Source: Longimicrobiales bacterium (GTDB lineage: Bacteria; Gemmatimonadota; Gemmatimonadetes; Longimicrobiales; Gaopeijiaceae). From it: a DNA stretch of 64,000 nt. The notes beneath the pieces are model-generated. The model did no database searches. It saw only the letters and a list, made by a program, of their open reading frames with translations, and was not told the origin of the DNA. The stretch's first letter is position 1, and the number at the start of each line of letters is the position of its first letter. The position numbers were made by a program, and so were the translations under genes. Positions 53,167-64,000 of the stretch are shown here, in pieces. The DNA is taken from NCBI GenBank assembly GCA_965218295.1, contig CBDCKN010000009.1, forward strand, positions 256,001 to 320,000, given 5' to 3'.

Positions 53167-53200
53167 GATACCCAGTCCGTGGCTAACGCGGCGTGACGCT

Positions 53201-54739
53201 CTACTCCGGTCCGGCTTCGGCGGGGAGCTCTCCCGCGGCTAGCTCCTTCTCCACGGTTTCCTTGATCGGATCGATGGTAGATCCGAACCCGTAGAAGCCA
53301 CGGATGACCCGAAGATCACGATCCAACACAACTGTATACGGCAGACCGCGATAGTTATAACGGCCTCTCAGACGCCCACCGCCCTGGCCTTGGACGTAGC
53401 CTACGCCCCCGATCTCCTCGACGAACGCCAGAGCGTCGTCGGGATCGATGTCCTCGTTCAGTCCGATGATGGTGGCTTGCTCGGGGTCGAGCTCCCGGGC
53501 GAAGGCCTCCAGGAGGGGCATCTCGCGCCGGCAAGGTCCACACCAACTGGCCCAGAAGTTCACGACCACGACCTTCCCGCGGTGGGCCTCGAGGCGCGTC
53601 TGGCCCGGGTGATCCAGTCTTGGGAGGTCGAACTCCGGGAAGGCGGCCCGCTCGGGCTCGCCGGTCCGGGAGAGGGCGTCCTCGCGGCTGGCGGTGTAGA
53701 TGCGGCCACGTCCGTCGGCGAAGACGGCATCGTCCTCGGAGATGGGTCCGGACCGGACGAACCGCCCGTCCCGGTCGAAGGCCAGGACATCGTCGGGGGG
53801 GCCGCCCGGGGTCGTGGCGGCCAGGACGTAGATCAAACCGTCGGGCCCGGTGACCAATCCGAACTGCAGCACCGAGAAGATCGCCGTAACGGATCCGTCG
53901 ACGACGCCCAGGGACGGCGGCGCGACGGTCTCGCCGGGCTGCCAGCGACTCACCCACGCGGTGTCGCCTCGGGTGTCGAACGCCACCAGCTCGGGTCTCA
54001 GGGCCGAAGTGTAGACGACCGATCCGTCGCCGGTGGCCACGGTCCAGCCCGTGTTGACCAGCTGCCCGAGGAACGGATCCGGCGCCTCGGCCGGAGATCC
54101 GACCGGTGTCATCTCACCCGTGTCGGTGTCTCGGATCCAGAGCAGGGGGTCCCTCGAGCGGATGGGCGCCAGGTGGAACTCGTAGACGCTCCGGGCCGCC
54201 ACCATGGCACCCGCGCTTCCCCCGAAGGCCGGGGCCTCTACGCCGTAGGAGACCCACTCCCGGGGTCTGTCGTCGGCGAAGCGGAGTCCCAACCCGTCGG
54301 CCTCCACGGCGAGCAGCGACTCGCCGTCGATAGCGACGGAGACGGGGCCCGTGAGGTTGCGGTCGTCGGGTAGGGCTCCCTGCGCGACCCGCGCGACCAC
54401 CCCACGGTCGTCGAAGACCAGGATCCGTGCGCCGTCGGCGTCGGGCCAGGCCGCTCCACCGTCCCGCAGAGGCGCGGCCGCTCGGCCGCCCATGAAGAGA
54501 AGCTGGAGGCCCTCGACTGGGGGATCGTCGTAGATCAGGAGGCGCTCGGCGGGGTCCGGACTCTCGATAAGCGTCCAGCCACCTTGCTCGGTGACGGACG
54601 GCTCCCGGTAGTCCGGCAGCGGCTCCCCGGGGGGTGGCCCCCGATCCCCGCAGCCCGTGACAGCTCCGAGTAGGAGAACGAGGCCGGAGCCCAAGCCCCG
54701 GCCTCGTCGCGTCGACGCCACTTGATGCATCGACCGCAT
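53201..54739 (-). CDS. Lipoprotein with a propeller-like domain and a C-terminal TlpA thioredoxin domain
   Basis: VTGC lipobox; VVVNFWASWCGPCRREMP; GLPYT. Confidence 0.8.
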   Translation of the reverse strand: MRSMHQVASTRRGRGLGSGLVLLLGAVTGCGDRGPPPGEPLPDYREPSVTEQGGWTLIESPDPAERLLIYDDPPVEGLQLLFMGGRAAAPLRDGGAAWPDADGARILVFDDRGVVARVAQGALPDDRNLTGPVSVAIDGESLLAVEADGLGLRFADDRPREWVSYGVEAPAFGGSAGAMVAARSVYEFHLAPIRSRDPLLWIRDTDTGEMTPVGSPAEAPDPFLGQLVNTGWTVATGDGSVVYTSALRPELVAFDTRGDTAWVSRWQPGETVAPPSLGVVDGSVTAIFSVLQFGLVTGPDGLIYVLAATTPGGPPDDVLAFDRDGRFVRSGPISEDDAVFADGRGRIYTASREDALSRTGEPERAAFPEFDLPRLDHPGQTRLEAHRGKVVVVNFWASWCGPCRREMPLLEAFARELDPEQATIIGLNEDIDPDDALAFVEEIGGVGYVQGQGGGRLRGRYNYRGLPYTVVLDRDLRVIRGFYGFGSTIDPIKETVEKELAAGELPAEAGPE

Positions 54740-54744
54740 TCTCA

Positions 54745-55128
54745 CTACTGCTGCATCGAGATGCTCTCGATGAGGATCGTGTTCAGGCCACCGCGCTCGA
54801 TGACCTTTCCGGTCACGTTCACCGTGTGCTCGGCGTGACCTCTCAGATCCTTGTCGCCCCGCTCCTGGCCCATGGCCATAGTGACCGGCATGTAGAGCGT
54901 GCCCTCTTCGCTCATGAGCGCTAAGGGAACGCCCAGGTCGAAGCATACCTGGGCACACATCCGGTGATCATTCCCGGACAGGTTGTAGACGGTGTTACAG
55001 GAAAGGTCGACGACACTGGCGGTGAACGAGACCTCGGTACCCTCCGCTGCCTGCATCTGCGCAGACGTGGGCTGCGCGGCCAACGCCACGAGCCCGATGG
55101 ACAACGCGGTCAGTGCGAACTTGCGCAT
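54745..55128 (-). CDS. Exported hypothetical protein with Cys/His/Met motif
   Basis: Signal peptide; VVDLSC...DHRMCAQVC. Confidence 0.7.
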   Translation of the reverse strand: MRKFALTALSIGLVALAAQPTSAQMQAAEGTEVSFTASVVDLSCNTVYNLSGNDHRMCAQVCFDLGVPLALMSEEGTLYMPVTMAMGQERGDKDLRGHAEHTVNVTGKVIERGGLNTILIESISMQQ

Positions 55129-55160
55129 CGAAAATACCTCCACCTCACAAAGTGAAACGG

Positions 55161-55616
55161 CTATCTCCCGGGCTCATGGACGCCCATCATGCCCGGCTCT
55201 ACTTCGAATTCGAACGAGGCCGCATCGGTTCCATCACCCAGGTTCACATAGACCGCCCATTGGCCGTCCATGCTGATCTCGGCCCGGGCCGTGTAGTCCA
55301 GGGGACCCTCCGCTTCGGCCGGGTACCTGAGGATACCCATGGCCGGCATCTCGAGAGACACGACGTCGATGGAAACGGGGGTGCCCTCTGGAACGGCGCG
55401 ATCCAGGGTGATGTGGAACTCGGTCGTACCCATCTCCACCGGGTAGCGGTCGGGGCGCACGGTCACCTCCGTCCCTCCGGGCGCCGTGGTCACCCACTCT
55501 GCCGGGTCGGTGTTGGCCGCGATCCGCCCATCGTCGCCGAGCTTCGCTTCCATGTCGCCCGGGACGCATCCCCAGGCCGACAGGGCGAGCAGAGCGACGG
55601 CCGCTGTGTTCCTCAT
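55161..55616 (-). CDS. YtkA/FixH-like lipoprotein
   Basis: AWGC lipobox; EMPAMG, SMDGQWAV. Confidence 0.65.
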   Translation of the reverse strand: MRNTAAVALLALSAWGCVPGDMEAKLGDDGRIAANTDPAEWVTTAPGGTEVTVRPDRYPVEMGTTEFHITLDRAVPEGTPVSIDVVSLEMPAMGILRYPAEAEGPLDYTARAEISMDGQWAVYVNLGDGTDAASFEFEVEPGMMGVHEPGR

Positions 55617-55753
55617 GGCTTTTCCCCGTTGAGGCACACCTTCACAACGCATGACCGCCTTGGCCGGTTCCTTAGGCGGACCCGTCGGTACGGGGGTCTC
55701 GGTTCCGGGCCGTCTTCGCTGGGTCTCGGGGTGGATGTCGCAGGTGGGGACCG

Positions 55754-57802
55754 TCAGGCAAGCGTCGCCCTGCTGACTTCAGCGAGCATGGAACGCGCCC
55801 GGGCCACGACCTCCTTGGCCGTCACGCCGAATCGCTCGTACAGGACCTCGGCCGGAGCCGAAGCGCCGAAGTGGTCGATGCCCACCGCGCCGCCTTGGTC
55901 GCCTACCCAGCGAGACCACCCGAACGTCGATCCGGCCTCCACGGCGATGCGAAGGCGCTGGTTGGGCGGAAGCACCTGGTCCCGGTACTCCTGGTCCTGC
56001 TCCTCGAAGAGGCGCCAGCTCGGCATGCTCACCACTCGGGTGGGGGTTCCGTCGGCCTCGAGCTGGCTCCGGGCCTCGAGGGCCGTCCCCACCTCGGAGC
56101 CGCTGGCGATGAGGATCACCTCGGCCTCGCCGCCGGTCGCCTCGGCGAGGACGTATGCGCCCCGGCGTGCTCCCTCCGAAGAGGCCAGCTCGGTCCGGTC
56201 CAGGGGCGGCACCTTCTGCCTCGTTAGGGCCAAGAAGGTGGGACCGTCGGTGCGCTCCACGGCGATGCGCCACGCCACCACCGTCTCCGCAGCGTCAGCG
56301 GGCCGGAGATCCACCAGGTTGGGGATTGTCCTGAGGGTCATCATCTGCTCGATGGGCTGATGCGTCGGCCCGTCCTCACCCAGCCCAATGGAGTCGTGGG
56401 TGAACACGTACGTGACCGGAACGCCCATGAGCGCGGCGAGCCGGATCGAGGGCCGCATGTAGTCGGAGAAGATCAGGAAGGTCCCCGCGAAGGGCCGGAT
56501 GCCCCCGTGCAGGGCCAGACCGTTCAGTATGCCTCCCATCCCGTGCTCGCGGACACCGAAGTGGATCACGCGTCCGTCGGGGGCGCCAGCCAGGAGGTCG
56601 CGGCCCTCGTCGATGTCCGTCTTGTTCGACGACCCCAGGTCGGCCGAGCCGCCGATGAGGTTGGGCAGTCCCGCCGCCAACCCCTGGAGGACCTTCCCCG
56701 ACCAGGACCGGGTTGCGTCGGCCTTGTCCACGTGCTCGTAGTCGGGCACTTCGGCGTCCCATCCGGGTGGCAGGTCGCCGCGCATCATGCCCAGGTACTC
56801 CTCGGCCAGCTCCGGATACGCCTCGCTGTAGGCCCCGAAGCGCTCGTTCCAGGCCGCCTCGAGCTCGCGGCCCCGCTCCGCCGTCTCCCGCCACGCCGCC
56901 AGGGCGTCGGGATCCACGAAGAACGGCTCCTGGGACGGGTAGCCCAGGCTCGCCTTGGTGGCCGTCACCTCGTCGTCGCCCAAGGGGGCGCCGTGGGTGG
57001 AGTGGTGACCGACCTTGTTGGGGCTGCCCTCGGCGATCTGGGTGCGGTTGATGATGAGCGTGGGGCGCTCCGTCTCCGCCCGGGCTGCCTCGAAGGCCTC
57101 GTCGAGGGCCGCGAGATCGGTGCCGTCCTCGACGTGGAGGACGTGCCACTGGTACCCGCTGAAGCGGTCCCCATGGTCCGTGGACGTGCTCAGATCCGTG
57201 CTGCCCTCGATGGTGATCCGGTTGTCGTCGTAGATCCAGATGAGCTTGCCGAGCTTCTGATGGCCGGCCAGCTCTGCCACCTCGTGGGAGATGCCTTCCA
57301 TGAGGTCGCCGTCGGAGCAGAGGGCGTACGTGTAGTGATCCACCACCTCGTGACCGGACCGGTTGAAGCGGGCGGCCAGCCATCGCTCGGCCAGTGCCAT
57401 GCCCACCGAGTTCGCCACGCCCTGACCGAGGGGACCGGTGGTGGCCTCGACTCCGGGGGTGTGTCCCACTTCGGGGTGGCCCGGCGTCTTCGATCCCCAC
57501 TGGCGGAAGTTGACGATCTCGTCCTTGGGGAAATCGTACCCCGTGAGGTGGAGGAGCGAGTAGATGAGCATGGACGCGTGTCCCACCGAGAGAACGAACC
57601 GGTCCCGGTCCAGCCACCCGGGGTTCCCCGGGTTGTGCTTCATGTGCTGCGTCCAGAGGAGGTACCCCAGGGGTGCGAGCGCCATGGGGGTGCCGGGATG
57701 TCCAGAATTGGCCTTCTGGACCGCATCCATGGCGAGGACCTTGACCGCGTCGATGCAAAGGCGGTCCAGCTCCGGGGAGCGACCGGTGAGCGAATCGGCC
57801 AT
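55754..57802 (-). CDS. tkt: Transketolase
   Basis: [34 protein letters not shown]. Confidence 0.97.
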   Translation of the reverse strand: MADSLTGRSPELDRLCIDAVKVLAMDAVQKANSGHPGTPMALAPLGYLLWTQHMKHNPGNPGWLDRDRFVLSVGHASMLIYSLLHLTGYDFPKDEIVNFRQWGSKTPGHPEVGHTPGVEATTGPLGQGVANSVGMALAERWLAARFNRSGHEVVDHYTYALCSDGDLMEGISHEVAELAGHQKLGKLIWIYDDNRITIEGSTDLSTSTDHGDRFSGYQWHVLHVEDGTDLAALDEAFEAARAETERPTLIINRTQIAEGSPNKVGHHSTHGAPLGDDEVTATKASLGYPSQEPFFVDPDALAAWRETAERGRELEAAWNERFGAYSEAYPELAEEYLGMMRGDLPPGWDAEVPDYEHVDKADATRSWSGKVLQGLAAGLPNLIGGSADLGSSNKTDIDEGRDLLAGAPDGRVIHFGVREHGMGGILNGLALHGGIRPFAGTFLIFSDYMRPSIRLAALMGVPVTYVFTHDSIGLGEDGPTHQPIEQMMTLRTIPNLVDLRPADAAETVVAWRIAVERTDGPTFLALTRQKVPPLDRTELASSEGARRGAYVLAEATGGEAEVILIASGSEVGTALEARSQLEADGTPTRVVSMPSWRLFEEQDQEYRDQVLPPNQRLRIAVEAGSTFGWSRWVGDQGGAVGIDHFGASAPAEVLYERFGVTAKEVVARARSMLAEVSRATLA

Positions 57803-60315
57803 CAGGCACTCTCCACGACGAAGTTGACGAGGCGGTCGGGTACGTATATGACCCGGCTCACATTGGCATCCTCCAGGTAGCGCGCGACATTCTCGTCCGA
57901 CCGGGCAAGCTCTTCGGCGGCTTCCTGGTCGATACCGGCCGGACCCCGAATCGTGGCTCGGAGCTTTCCGTTCACCTGCACCGCAAGCTCCACCGACGTC
58001 TCACGGGTCTTGGCCTCGTCGTAGGTGGGCCAGTTGGCCCCGGCGAAGACGCTCTCCTCGTGCCCCAGGCGCTCCCAGAGCTCCTCGGCCAGGTGCGGTG
58101 CGAATGGGGCCACCAGCACGACCAGGGCCTCCACCTCGGCCTTGGCGGCCGCACGCCCCCCGGCGCGCACCATGTTCAGGTACTCCATCATGGCCGCGAT
58201 GCTCGTGTTGTACCCCAGCTCGGGCAGCTGCTGCGTGACCTGGCGGATGGTCTGGTGCAGCTTCCGCTCCACGTCCGGATCGGCCTCGGCATCGCTCCCG
58301 GCAGCCGCTGTCACCGTCTCGTGCAGGCGATGCAGGAAGCCGTGGGGCCCCTGAATGCCCTCGTTCTGATAGTCCCCACCCTCTTCGAACGGCCCCAGAA
58401 ACATGAGGTAGGTGCGGAATGCGTCGGCGCCGTAGCGCTCGATGATCTCGTCCGGCACGACGACGTTGCCCCTGCTCTTGGACATCTTGGCGCCCTCGCG
58501 GATGATCATCCCGTGGGCACGGAAGCGCTTGAAGGGCTCCTCGAATTCCAGGTGGCCCAGGTCGTGGAGGGCCATGGTGATGAAGCGCGCGTACAGCAGG
58601 TGCAGGACCGCGTGCTCGTTGCCTCCGATGTAGCAGTCCACCGGCAGCCAGCGCCGTGTGATGTCCGCGTCGAAGGGGATGTCGTCGAACTCCGTGGACG
58701 GGTAGCGCAGGAAGTACCAGGAGCTGTCCAGGAACGTGTCCGACACGTCCGTCTCGCGGCGGGCTTGACCTCCGCACTCCGGACAGTCGATCCGGTACCA
58801 ATCCTCCACCCGGGCGAGGGGGCTCACGCCGGAATCGTCGGGCTTGAAGTCCTCCACCCTGGGGAGCACCACCGGCAGGTCCGACTCCGGGACGGCGACC
58901 GGGCCACATGCCTCGCAGTGGATGATGGGGATGGGCGGACCCCAGTACCGCTGCCGGGAGATGCACCAGTCGTGCAGCCGGTAGCTCACCTTTGTCTCGG
59001 CCATATCCCGCTCCGCGAGCCAGCCTGTGATGGCCTGCTTGCTCTCGGAGACCGGCACGCCGTCGAACTGACCGGAGTTGACCATCACCCCGTCGCCCAG
59101 GTACGCCTCGGCCAGGGGAGTGTCGGCGTCCTGGCAGGGGCCTGCGACGACGCGCACGGTGGGCAGGTCCATGGCCTCGGCGAAGTCGAAGTCCCGCTGA
59201 TCGTGGCCCGGGACGGACATGATCGCCCCCGTCCCGTACTCCATGAGTACGTAGTCCGCGACCCAGATGGGGATGGGCTGTCCGGTGGCGGGGTTCAGGC
59301 AGTGCCCTCCGGTGAACACGCCGGTCTTGTCCTTCTCGATCTTCTGACGGGCGACCAGATCCTTGGCCGTCGCCTCTTCGCGATAGGCCGCGATGGCCTC
59401 GGCCTGTTCGTCACTGGTCACGTCGTCGACCAGGGGGTGCTCCGGGGACAACACCATGTACGTGGCCCCGAAGACCGTGTCCGGCCGGGTCGTAAAGACG
59501 TCGATTGGCGCACCGTCGACGGCAAAGTCGGAGGCGTCCACAGTCGGTTGATCGGAGTCGGGTCCGGCCACCCCCTCGGGGGGCAGGATGGGGAAGCGCA
59601 AGACGGCTCCCTCGCTCCGGCCGATCCAGTTGTGCTGGGCCTTCTTCGTCGTCTCGGACCAGTCGATGTCCTCCAGGTGGCCCAGGAGCCGATCCACGTA
59701 CTCCGTGATCTTGAAGAGCCACTGGGCGATGCGCCGTTGCTCGACGGGGGTGGCACACCGCTCGCAGCGTCCCGAGATGACCTGCTCGTTGGCCAAGACC
59801 GTCATACACGAGGGGCACCAGTTGACCGGCGCTTCCTTGCGCTCGGCCAGACCCGCCTTGAAGAGCCGGATGAAGATCCACTGGGTCCAGCGGTAGTACG
59901 CCGGATCGGTGGTGTCGACGGTGTGGTTCCAGTCGAACATCCCGCCGACGCGTCGCAGCTGCCTCGTGAAGTTGGCGACGTTCCTGGGGATGAGGTCCAT
60001 CGGATTGACGCCCTGCGTGAGGGCGAAGTTCTCCGAGTGGATGCCGAAGGCGTCGAATCCGATGGGCTCGAAGACGCGCTTTCCGGTGAGCCGCTGGAAG
60101 CGCCCGTGCACGTCCGCGCCGGTGAATGCGTAGATGTTGCCCACATGCAGCCCCTCGGCCGAGGGGTAGGGGAACATCATCAACTGGTAGTAGTGGTTCT
60201 CGGTGGTCTGGAGGGCCTCCTGGGTGAAGCTGTTCGTGCCGAGCTTCTCCCACCTGTCCTGCCACTTGGCCTCTACTTCGGACGGCGCGTAGCCGCCGTT
60301 TCCATCGCTGCTCAT
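57802..60315 (-). CDS. leuS: Leucine--tRNA ligase
   Basis: [21 protein letters not shown] editing domain, [13 protein letters not shown]. Confidence 0.97.
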   Translation of the reverse strand: MSSDGNGGYAPSEVEAKWQDRWEKLGTNSFTQEALQTTENHYYQLMMFPYPSAEGLHVGNIYAFTGADVHGRFQRLTGKRVFEPIGFDAFGIHSENFALTQGVNPMDLIPRNVANFTRQLRRVGGMFDWNHTVDTTDPAYYRWTQWIFIRLFKAGLAERKEAPVNWCPSCMTVLANEQVISGRCERCATPVEQRRIAQWLFKITEYVDRLLGHLEDIDWSETTKKAQHNWIGRSEGAVLRFPILPPEGVAGPDSDQPTVDASDFAVDGAPIDVFTTRPDTVFGATYMVLSPEHPLVDDVTSDEQAEAIAAYREEATAKDLVARQKIEKDKTGVFTGGHCLNPATGQPIPIWVADYVLMEYGTGAIMSVPGHDQRDFDFAEAMDLPTVRVVAGPCQDADTPLAEAYLGDGVMVNSGQFDGVPVSESKQAITGWLAERDMAETKVSYRLHDWCISRQRYWGPPIPIIHCEACGPVAVPESDLPVVLPRVEDFKPDDSGVSPLARVEDWYRIDCPECGGQARRETDVSDTFLDSSWYFLRYPSTEFDDIPFDADITRRWLPVDCYIGGNEHAVLHLLYARFITMALHDLGHLEFEEPFKRFRAHGMIIREGAKMSKSRGNVVVPDEIIERYGADAFRTYLMFLGPFEEGGDYQNEGIQGPHGFLHRLHETVTAAAGSDAEADPDVERKLHQTIRQVTQQLPELGYNTSIAAMMEYLNMVRAGGRAAAKAEVEALVVLVAPFAPHLAEELWERLGHEESVFAGANWPTYDEAKTRETSVELAVQVNGKLRATIRGPAGIDQEAAEELARSDENVARYLEDANVSRVIYVPDRLVNFVVESA

Positions 60316-60432
60316 CTATGCCTGCTGAAGCGTCGTGCCGAGTGGGGGTGCCGAAAAATGAGCCCCTAACCTATACCGGGTGTGAGGGCATTACAACGCG
60401 TCACCATCAGAGGTCCCCATCGGGCGCGCCGA

Positions 60433-60495
60433 CGCCGTCCCGGGTCAGTCACAGGCGCCGTCCCGGGTCACTCGCAGGCGCCGTTCGGGGTCAGC
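60433..60495. repeat. 23-bp tandem repeat (~2.7 copies) overlapping the MutS-like stop codon
   Basis: CGCCGTCCCGGGTCA at 60433 and 60456, with a variant at 60479. Confidence 0.7.
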
Positions 60496-62407
60496 CGCCG
60501 CCGCCGTCCTCCGGGCTGTCATCCGGCGCGGCGAACCCCATGATCTCCATGAGCCGAAGCGCGTTCGTGGAGGTGGCGGTTCCCGGTCGGAGCCTGTAGT
60601 CGAAGGCGATGGGCGGGCCCCCTGCGCGCACTTCCAGGGACTCCCCGAAGTGGACGAAGACGGCTCGCTCCCTCAGATCCGGTGCATCGGCCAGGGTGAG
60701 ATCGTGGGTGGTCACGGCGCCGATGGTCTCCTGATCCAGGAGGTGACGTAGGATGCGGCGGGCGGCGATCTGCCGCTCGGCGGTGTTCGTCCCCTGGAGG
60801 ATCTCGTCGAGGAGGTAGAGGACCGGCACGTCCCGGGCGGCTCCGGCCGCCTCGGCCACCGACTTGAGGCGCTGGAGCTCGGCCATGAAGTAGGAGATCC
60901 CCTCCTCCAGGGAGTCCCGGATGCGCATGCTGGTGCGAAGGTCGACGGTGGGGAGGCGCATGGACGCCGCGCAAACCGGTCCCCCGGCCCCGGCCAGGAC
61001 CACGTTGGCACCAAGGGCACGGAGAAGGGTGCTCTTGCCCGACATGTTGGAGCCCGTCACCAGGAGGAGGCTTCCGGGCGGCCCCACCTCCACGTCGTTC
61101 CGGACCGCCGTCTCGGGATTGAGGAGCGGGTGGCCCAGCTGCTCCGCGTCCAGGATCTTGGGGTCGGTCCTTCCGACCTCGGGGAACACCCAGTCCGGAT
61201 GGCAGTGTGTGAGCCCGGCCAGGGCCGAGAGGGCGTCTACGCGTCCCAGCGCCTCCATCCATCCACGGAGGTTCCTGCCGTGGATCTCCTTCCAGCGCTC
61301 CATGCGCACGAGGATGTGAACGTCCCAGAGCGTCAACAGGTTCACGGGGAAGTGCACCTGCCCGTTGAAGCGGAGGTCCGACATCTCCATGAGGTGGAAG
61401 AGGCGAGCCAAGGCCTCGGCGGCCGCTTCCCCGTCTGGGGTAAGGCTTTCCCGGTGCTCGGTGAGCAGGGAGGCCTCGAAGCGCTGCTCCGCGATGCGGG
61501 CGATGAGCTCATGGTAGCGTCGCAGGCCCGTCTCTCCGTTCGAGGCGCGGGCGAAGTCCTCGTGGATCCGGCCGAAGAGCCGCTTCATGAGCAGTAGCGT
61601 GAGGCCCACGGGAGCCATCCAGAGGAAGGGCGCCATGCCCGCGACGTGGATGCCGATGGTGACGATCGTGGCCAGGGGCAGGACCACGGCCGCCCACATG
61701 ACGGCGCGCTCCTCCACCAGCCAGGTGGGCGCTTCCGCCCACTCCAGGAGCCTGGCGATCTCCTTCATCTCCACGGGCCCGGCGATCCGTCCCGCGGCGT
61801 GGAGCTCGTCCCGGAATTCGATGGCCGGGGTCAGCTCCTGGACGGCGGCCTGGCGCTCCCGGACGGTGCTCGCCGGGGCGGGGGCCAGGAGCCAGTCCAC
61901 CAGCGTGTCCGCACCTGGCCGGGTGGCGGTCGTGCCGAGCAGCGTGTAGAGGGAGGCGTGGCCGAAGACGTCCAGGTCGTCGGCGTATGGATGGCCCTCC
62001 GGAGCCGCGGGGCTGGGCTGTTCCAGGCCGTCCCAGTTGCGGAGCCTGCGATAGCGAGCCTCACGGGCTACCTGGGCGAGCTCCGAGTGCCAGCGCTCCT
62101 GGCGACGGGCCCGGCGGTGACGAACGACGAGGACGACGAACAGCACGACGAAGAGCAGGCCCCCTCCGGTGAAGAGAGGCTTGGCGTCGGTGGCGAATGC
62201 GTAGCCCACGAAGGCCGCCGTGGCCAAGAGGAAGACCCACATCCGCCGCTGGGCCAGGGCGTCGGACCGCTCCCGCTAGCGGCCGGCGGCTCCGGCGGCC
62301 TCCGCCTCTCGGCGGCCGTAGGTTTCGAGTGGGTCCGGGCGTCCCTGGTGATCGAAAGGAGGAGGAGCGTGAGGACGCTCCGCGACCGCCGGAGCCTCAG
62401 GAGCCAT
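60491..62407 (-). CDS. Membrane-anchored MutS-related ATPase (domain V); in-frame TAG at 62276-62278
   Basis: HPYADDLDVFG, TGSNMSGKSTLLR, SYFMAEL, LLDEILQGTN, TTHDL; upstream frame begins at ATG 62407. Confidence 0.82.
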
Positions 62408-63479
62408 TCGGTGCCGTCAGGCTCGACGCCGAAAACAGATCGAAGGGATCGTCCACCCCAGCCGCCCCCTCTGTGAGGTGCTTCACCGCGGCCCGGAGGC
62501 CGCCCGTTTCCTCTAGCAGGCCCTGGAAGTCCTGAAGTCGGTGATAGTACCGCATGCGGGCCATGAGGGTGGCGTTGTTGAGGGGTGTCACCAGGAAGCT
62601 CTGGAAGGTCATGGCCTCGAAGGACGGCTGCACCCGGTCCGCGAAGTCCTCGAGGTGGCCCTCGAACAGGCCTTGGCGCTGTTCCAGCTTCTCGTCGTAG
62701 GAGAGGGTCGAGTCGCGGTAGACCTCCTGGAGCCCGTCCACCACTCCGTCGATGAACGTCGAAAAGCGCTGGTAGTCCCGCCAACGTGCCTGGGCACGCA
62801 GGCACTTCACCGTGTCGGGACCGCCGCCCTGGCGGTTACAGAAGAACTCGATGGCACCGACGCGGCCCACGAAGGTGGCGAAGCTCTCGTTGAACCCCAC
62901 CTGGCCCCGGACGAAGAGGTGGTTGTGGGACAGCTCGTGGAGGACGGTCTCCACGAGATCGACCTCGTCGCGTCGCAGGAGCGTCGAGAGGAGCGGGTCC
63001 GTGAACCACCCCAGGGTGCTGAAGGCGGCCGTGGGACGCAGGTAGGTGTCGAAGCCGTCCTCTTCCAGCTCCTGCTGGTCCCGGAGGGCGTCGTCTTCGT
63101 CGAAGTACCCCTTGTACGGGACCCGGCCCACCACCGGGAACCACCACGTCTTAGAGGCGAAGCGGTCCCTCGTCGCCGCCGAGAGGACCAGGGCCAGCGT
63201 GTCCTTGTCCAGCTGTGTGAACGACGTGTACGAGTCACCCACCTTCAGCCCCAGAACCTCGATGGCGTACTGCCGGGCCTCCACCACGAATGTCAGCTTC
63301 GCCTTGGTCCTCTCGTCGGTCTCGGGATCCAGGATCACCTCGTGGAGCGGCTGCCGGGCCCGGAGAATCTTCGCCTCGGCGATGCCCGCCTTGATGACGT
63401 ACATAGGCGAGCACGCCGAGAAGATGAGGGCTACCATCCCGAGGCCCACGAAAAAGCGGGTCCACGACCAGCGAGGCAT
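62397..63479 (-). CDS. Putative zinc aminopeptidase (DUF2265-type)
   Basis: WWFPVVGRVPYKGYF, AFSTLGWF.DP, HELSH, FNESFA. Confidence 0.85.
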   Translation of the reverse strand: MPRWSWTRFFVGLGMVALIFSACSPMYVIKAGIAEAKILRARQPLHEVILDPETDERTKAKLTFVVEARQYAIEVLGLKVGDSYTSFTQLDKDTLALVLSAATRDRFASKTWWFPVVGRVPYKGYFDEDDALRDQQELEEDGFDTYLRPTAAFSTLGWFTDPLLSTLLRRDEVDLVETVLHELSHNHLFVRGQVGFNESFATFVGRVGAIEFFCNRQGGGPDTVKCLRAQARWRDYQRFSTFIDGVVDGLQEVYRDSTLSYDEKLEQRQGLFEGHLEDFADRVQPSFEAMTFQSFLVTPLNNATLMARMRYYHRLQDFQGLLEETGGLRAAVKHLTEGAAGVDDPFDLFSASSLTAPNGS

Positions 63480-63545
63480 CGCTGCTACCGTCCTCCGTCT
63501 GAGCCGGGGCTCGTCGCTACCGGCCTCCGTCCGGGATCCGCATCG

Positions 63546-64000
63546 CTACCCGCCTCCGCCCAGGTTGCGCATCAGGGGGATGCCGCCCTCGGTGGGCACG
63601 TATACCACGGACCCCCCGGGGAGCTCAGCGAGTTGTTCGATGTAGTAGAACATCAGGTACTCGGGCGTGAGACCCGTGGAGATGATCCTCTGCGCCTCGG
63701 CGATCCCCTTGGCCTCTTCGATCTGCTGCCGCGCCCGCTCCTGGATGATCTCCGTCTGGAATTTCTCGGCTGCCACGTTCTGCTCGCGCTGGAGCTTCTC
63801 GTCGATGGCCTGGCGCACGGCCGCCGGCGCCTGCACGTCCCTGAGGAAGACCTCCACGACCTCGATGCGGTCCCCGGCCTTCTCCTGGATGGCCAGCTTC
63901 ATGGCGGTGGCGACCTCGCGACGGTCGGGGGAGAAGATCTGGTTGATAGACTTGGTGGCCACCGCGTCGCGGACGCCGTTGCGGATGGCGTTCAGGACGA
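63546..64000 (-). CDS. SPFH/prohibitin family protein (3' part, runs off the window)
   Basis: VFLRDV, QAIDEK, EAKGIAEAQRII. Confidence 0.85.
   Translation of the reverse strand, partial: VLNAIRNGVRDAVATKSINQIFSPDRREVATAMKLAIQEKAGDRIEVVEVFLRDVQAPAAVRQAIDEKLQREQNVAAEKFQTEIIQERARQQIEEAKGIAEAQRIISTGLTPEYLMFYYIEQLAELPGGSVVYVPTEGGIPLMRNLGGGG

Noticed and set aside
56360..60369. Long antisense ORFs (506 aa, 769 aa) and similar ones elsewhere
   Set aside because: Shadow frames of high-GC genes (tkt, leuS); no recognisable motifs
60433..60495. 23-bp tandem repeat as mini-CRISPR, iteron or leuS T-box
   Set aside because: No unique spacers or T-box motif; looks like slippage duplication around a stop codon
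36360..62278. Stop-codon recoding (in-frame TAG at 36360 and 62276, TGA at ~50897)
   Set aside because: No suppressor, Pyl or Sec tRNA in the window; many genes end normally in TAG or TGA; frameshifts are equally common

Overview
GC-rich bacterial chromosome segment. The gene style suggests Gemmatimonadota, which is an inference only. From left to right: (1) an integrase-less integron remnant on the minus strand, with an attI-like site, one membrane-protein cassette, an IS481 relic inserted next to a clear attC, and a ParE/addiction-module TA cassette truncated against a DUF6498 gene; (2) two tandem tannase/feruloyl-esterase paralogs, an amidase, an enoyl-CoA hydratase, a CaiB CoA-transferase and an aspartate kinase; (3) a ~7 kb islet bounded by a 19-bp duplication of tRNA-Pro(GGG), holding an MBL-fold pseudogene, an ECF42 sigma factor split by an intact IS481, YciI, and a SoxR-controlled SDR + QueA-like operon; (4) a 2.3-kb cluster of 17 non-redundant, CCA-less tRNA genes, several followed by structured elements whose ends match the adjacent tRNA's own T-arm; (5) a decayed, layered island in tRNA-Ser(CGA) with glycan-modification genes and fragments; (6) a PIN TA pair, an IS3-type element, nfuA, an ATP-grasp gene, a NatAB-type ABC exporter, a CarF/TMEM189-like + sterol-desaturase-family pair, an FHA-protease, an NTT-HEAT-cNMP fusion and an ECF/anti-sigma pair; (7) tkt, leuS, a MutS-related ATPase, an aminopeptidase and a partial SPFH gene. 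Many single-base indels and in-frame stops occur; these may be read errors or real decay.
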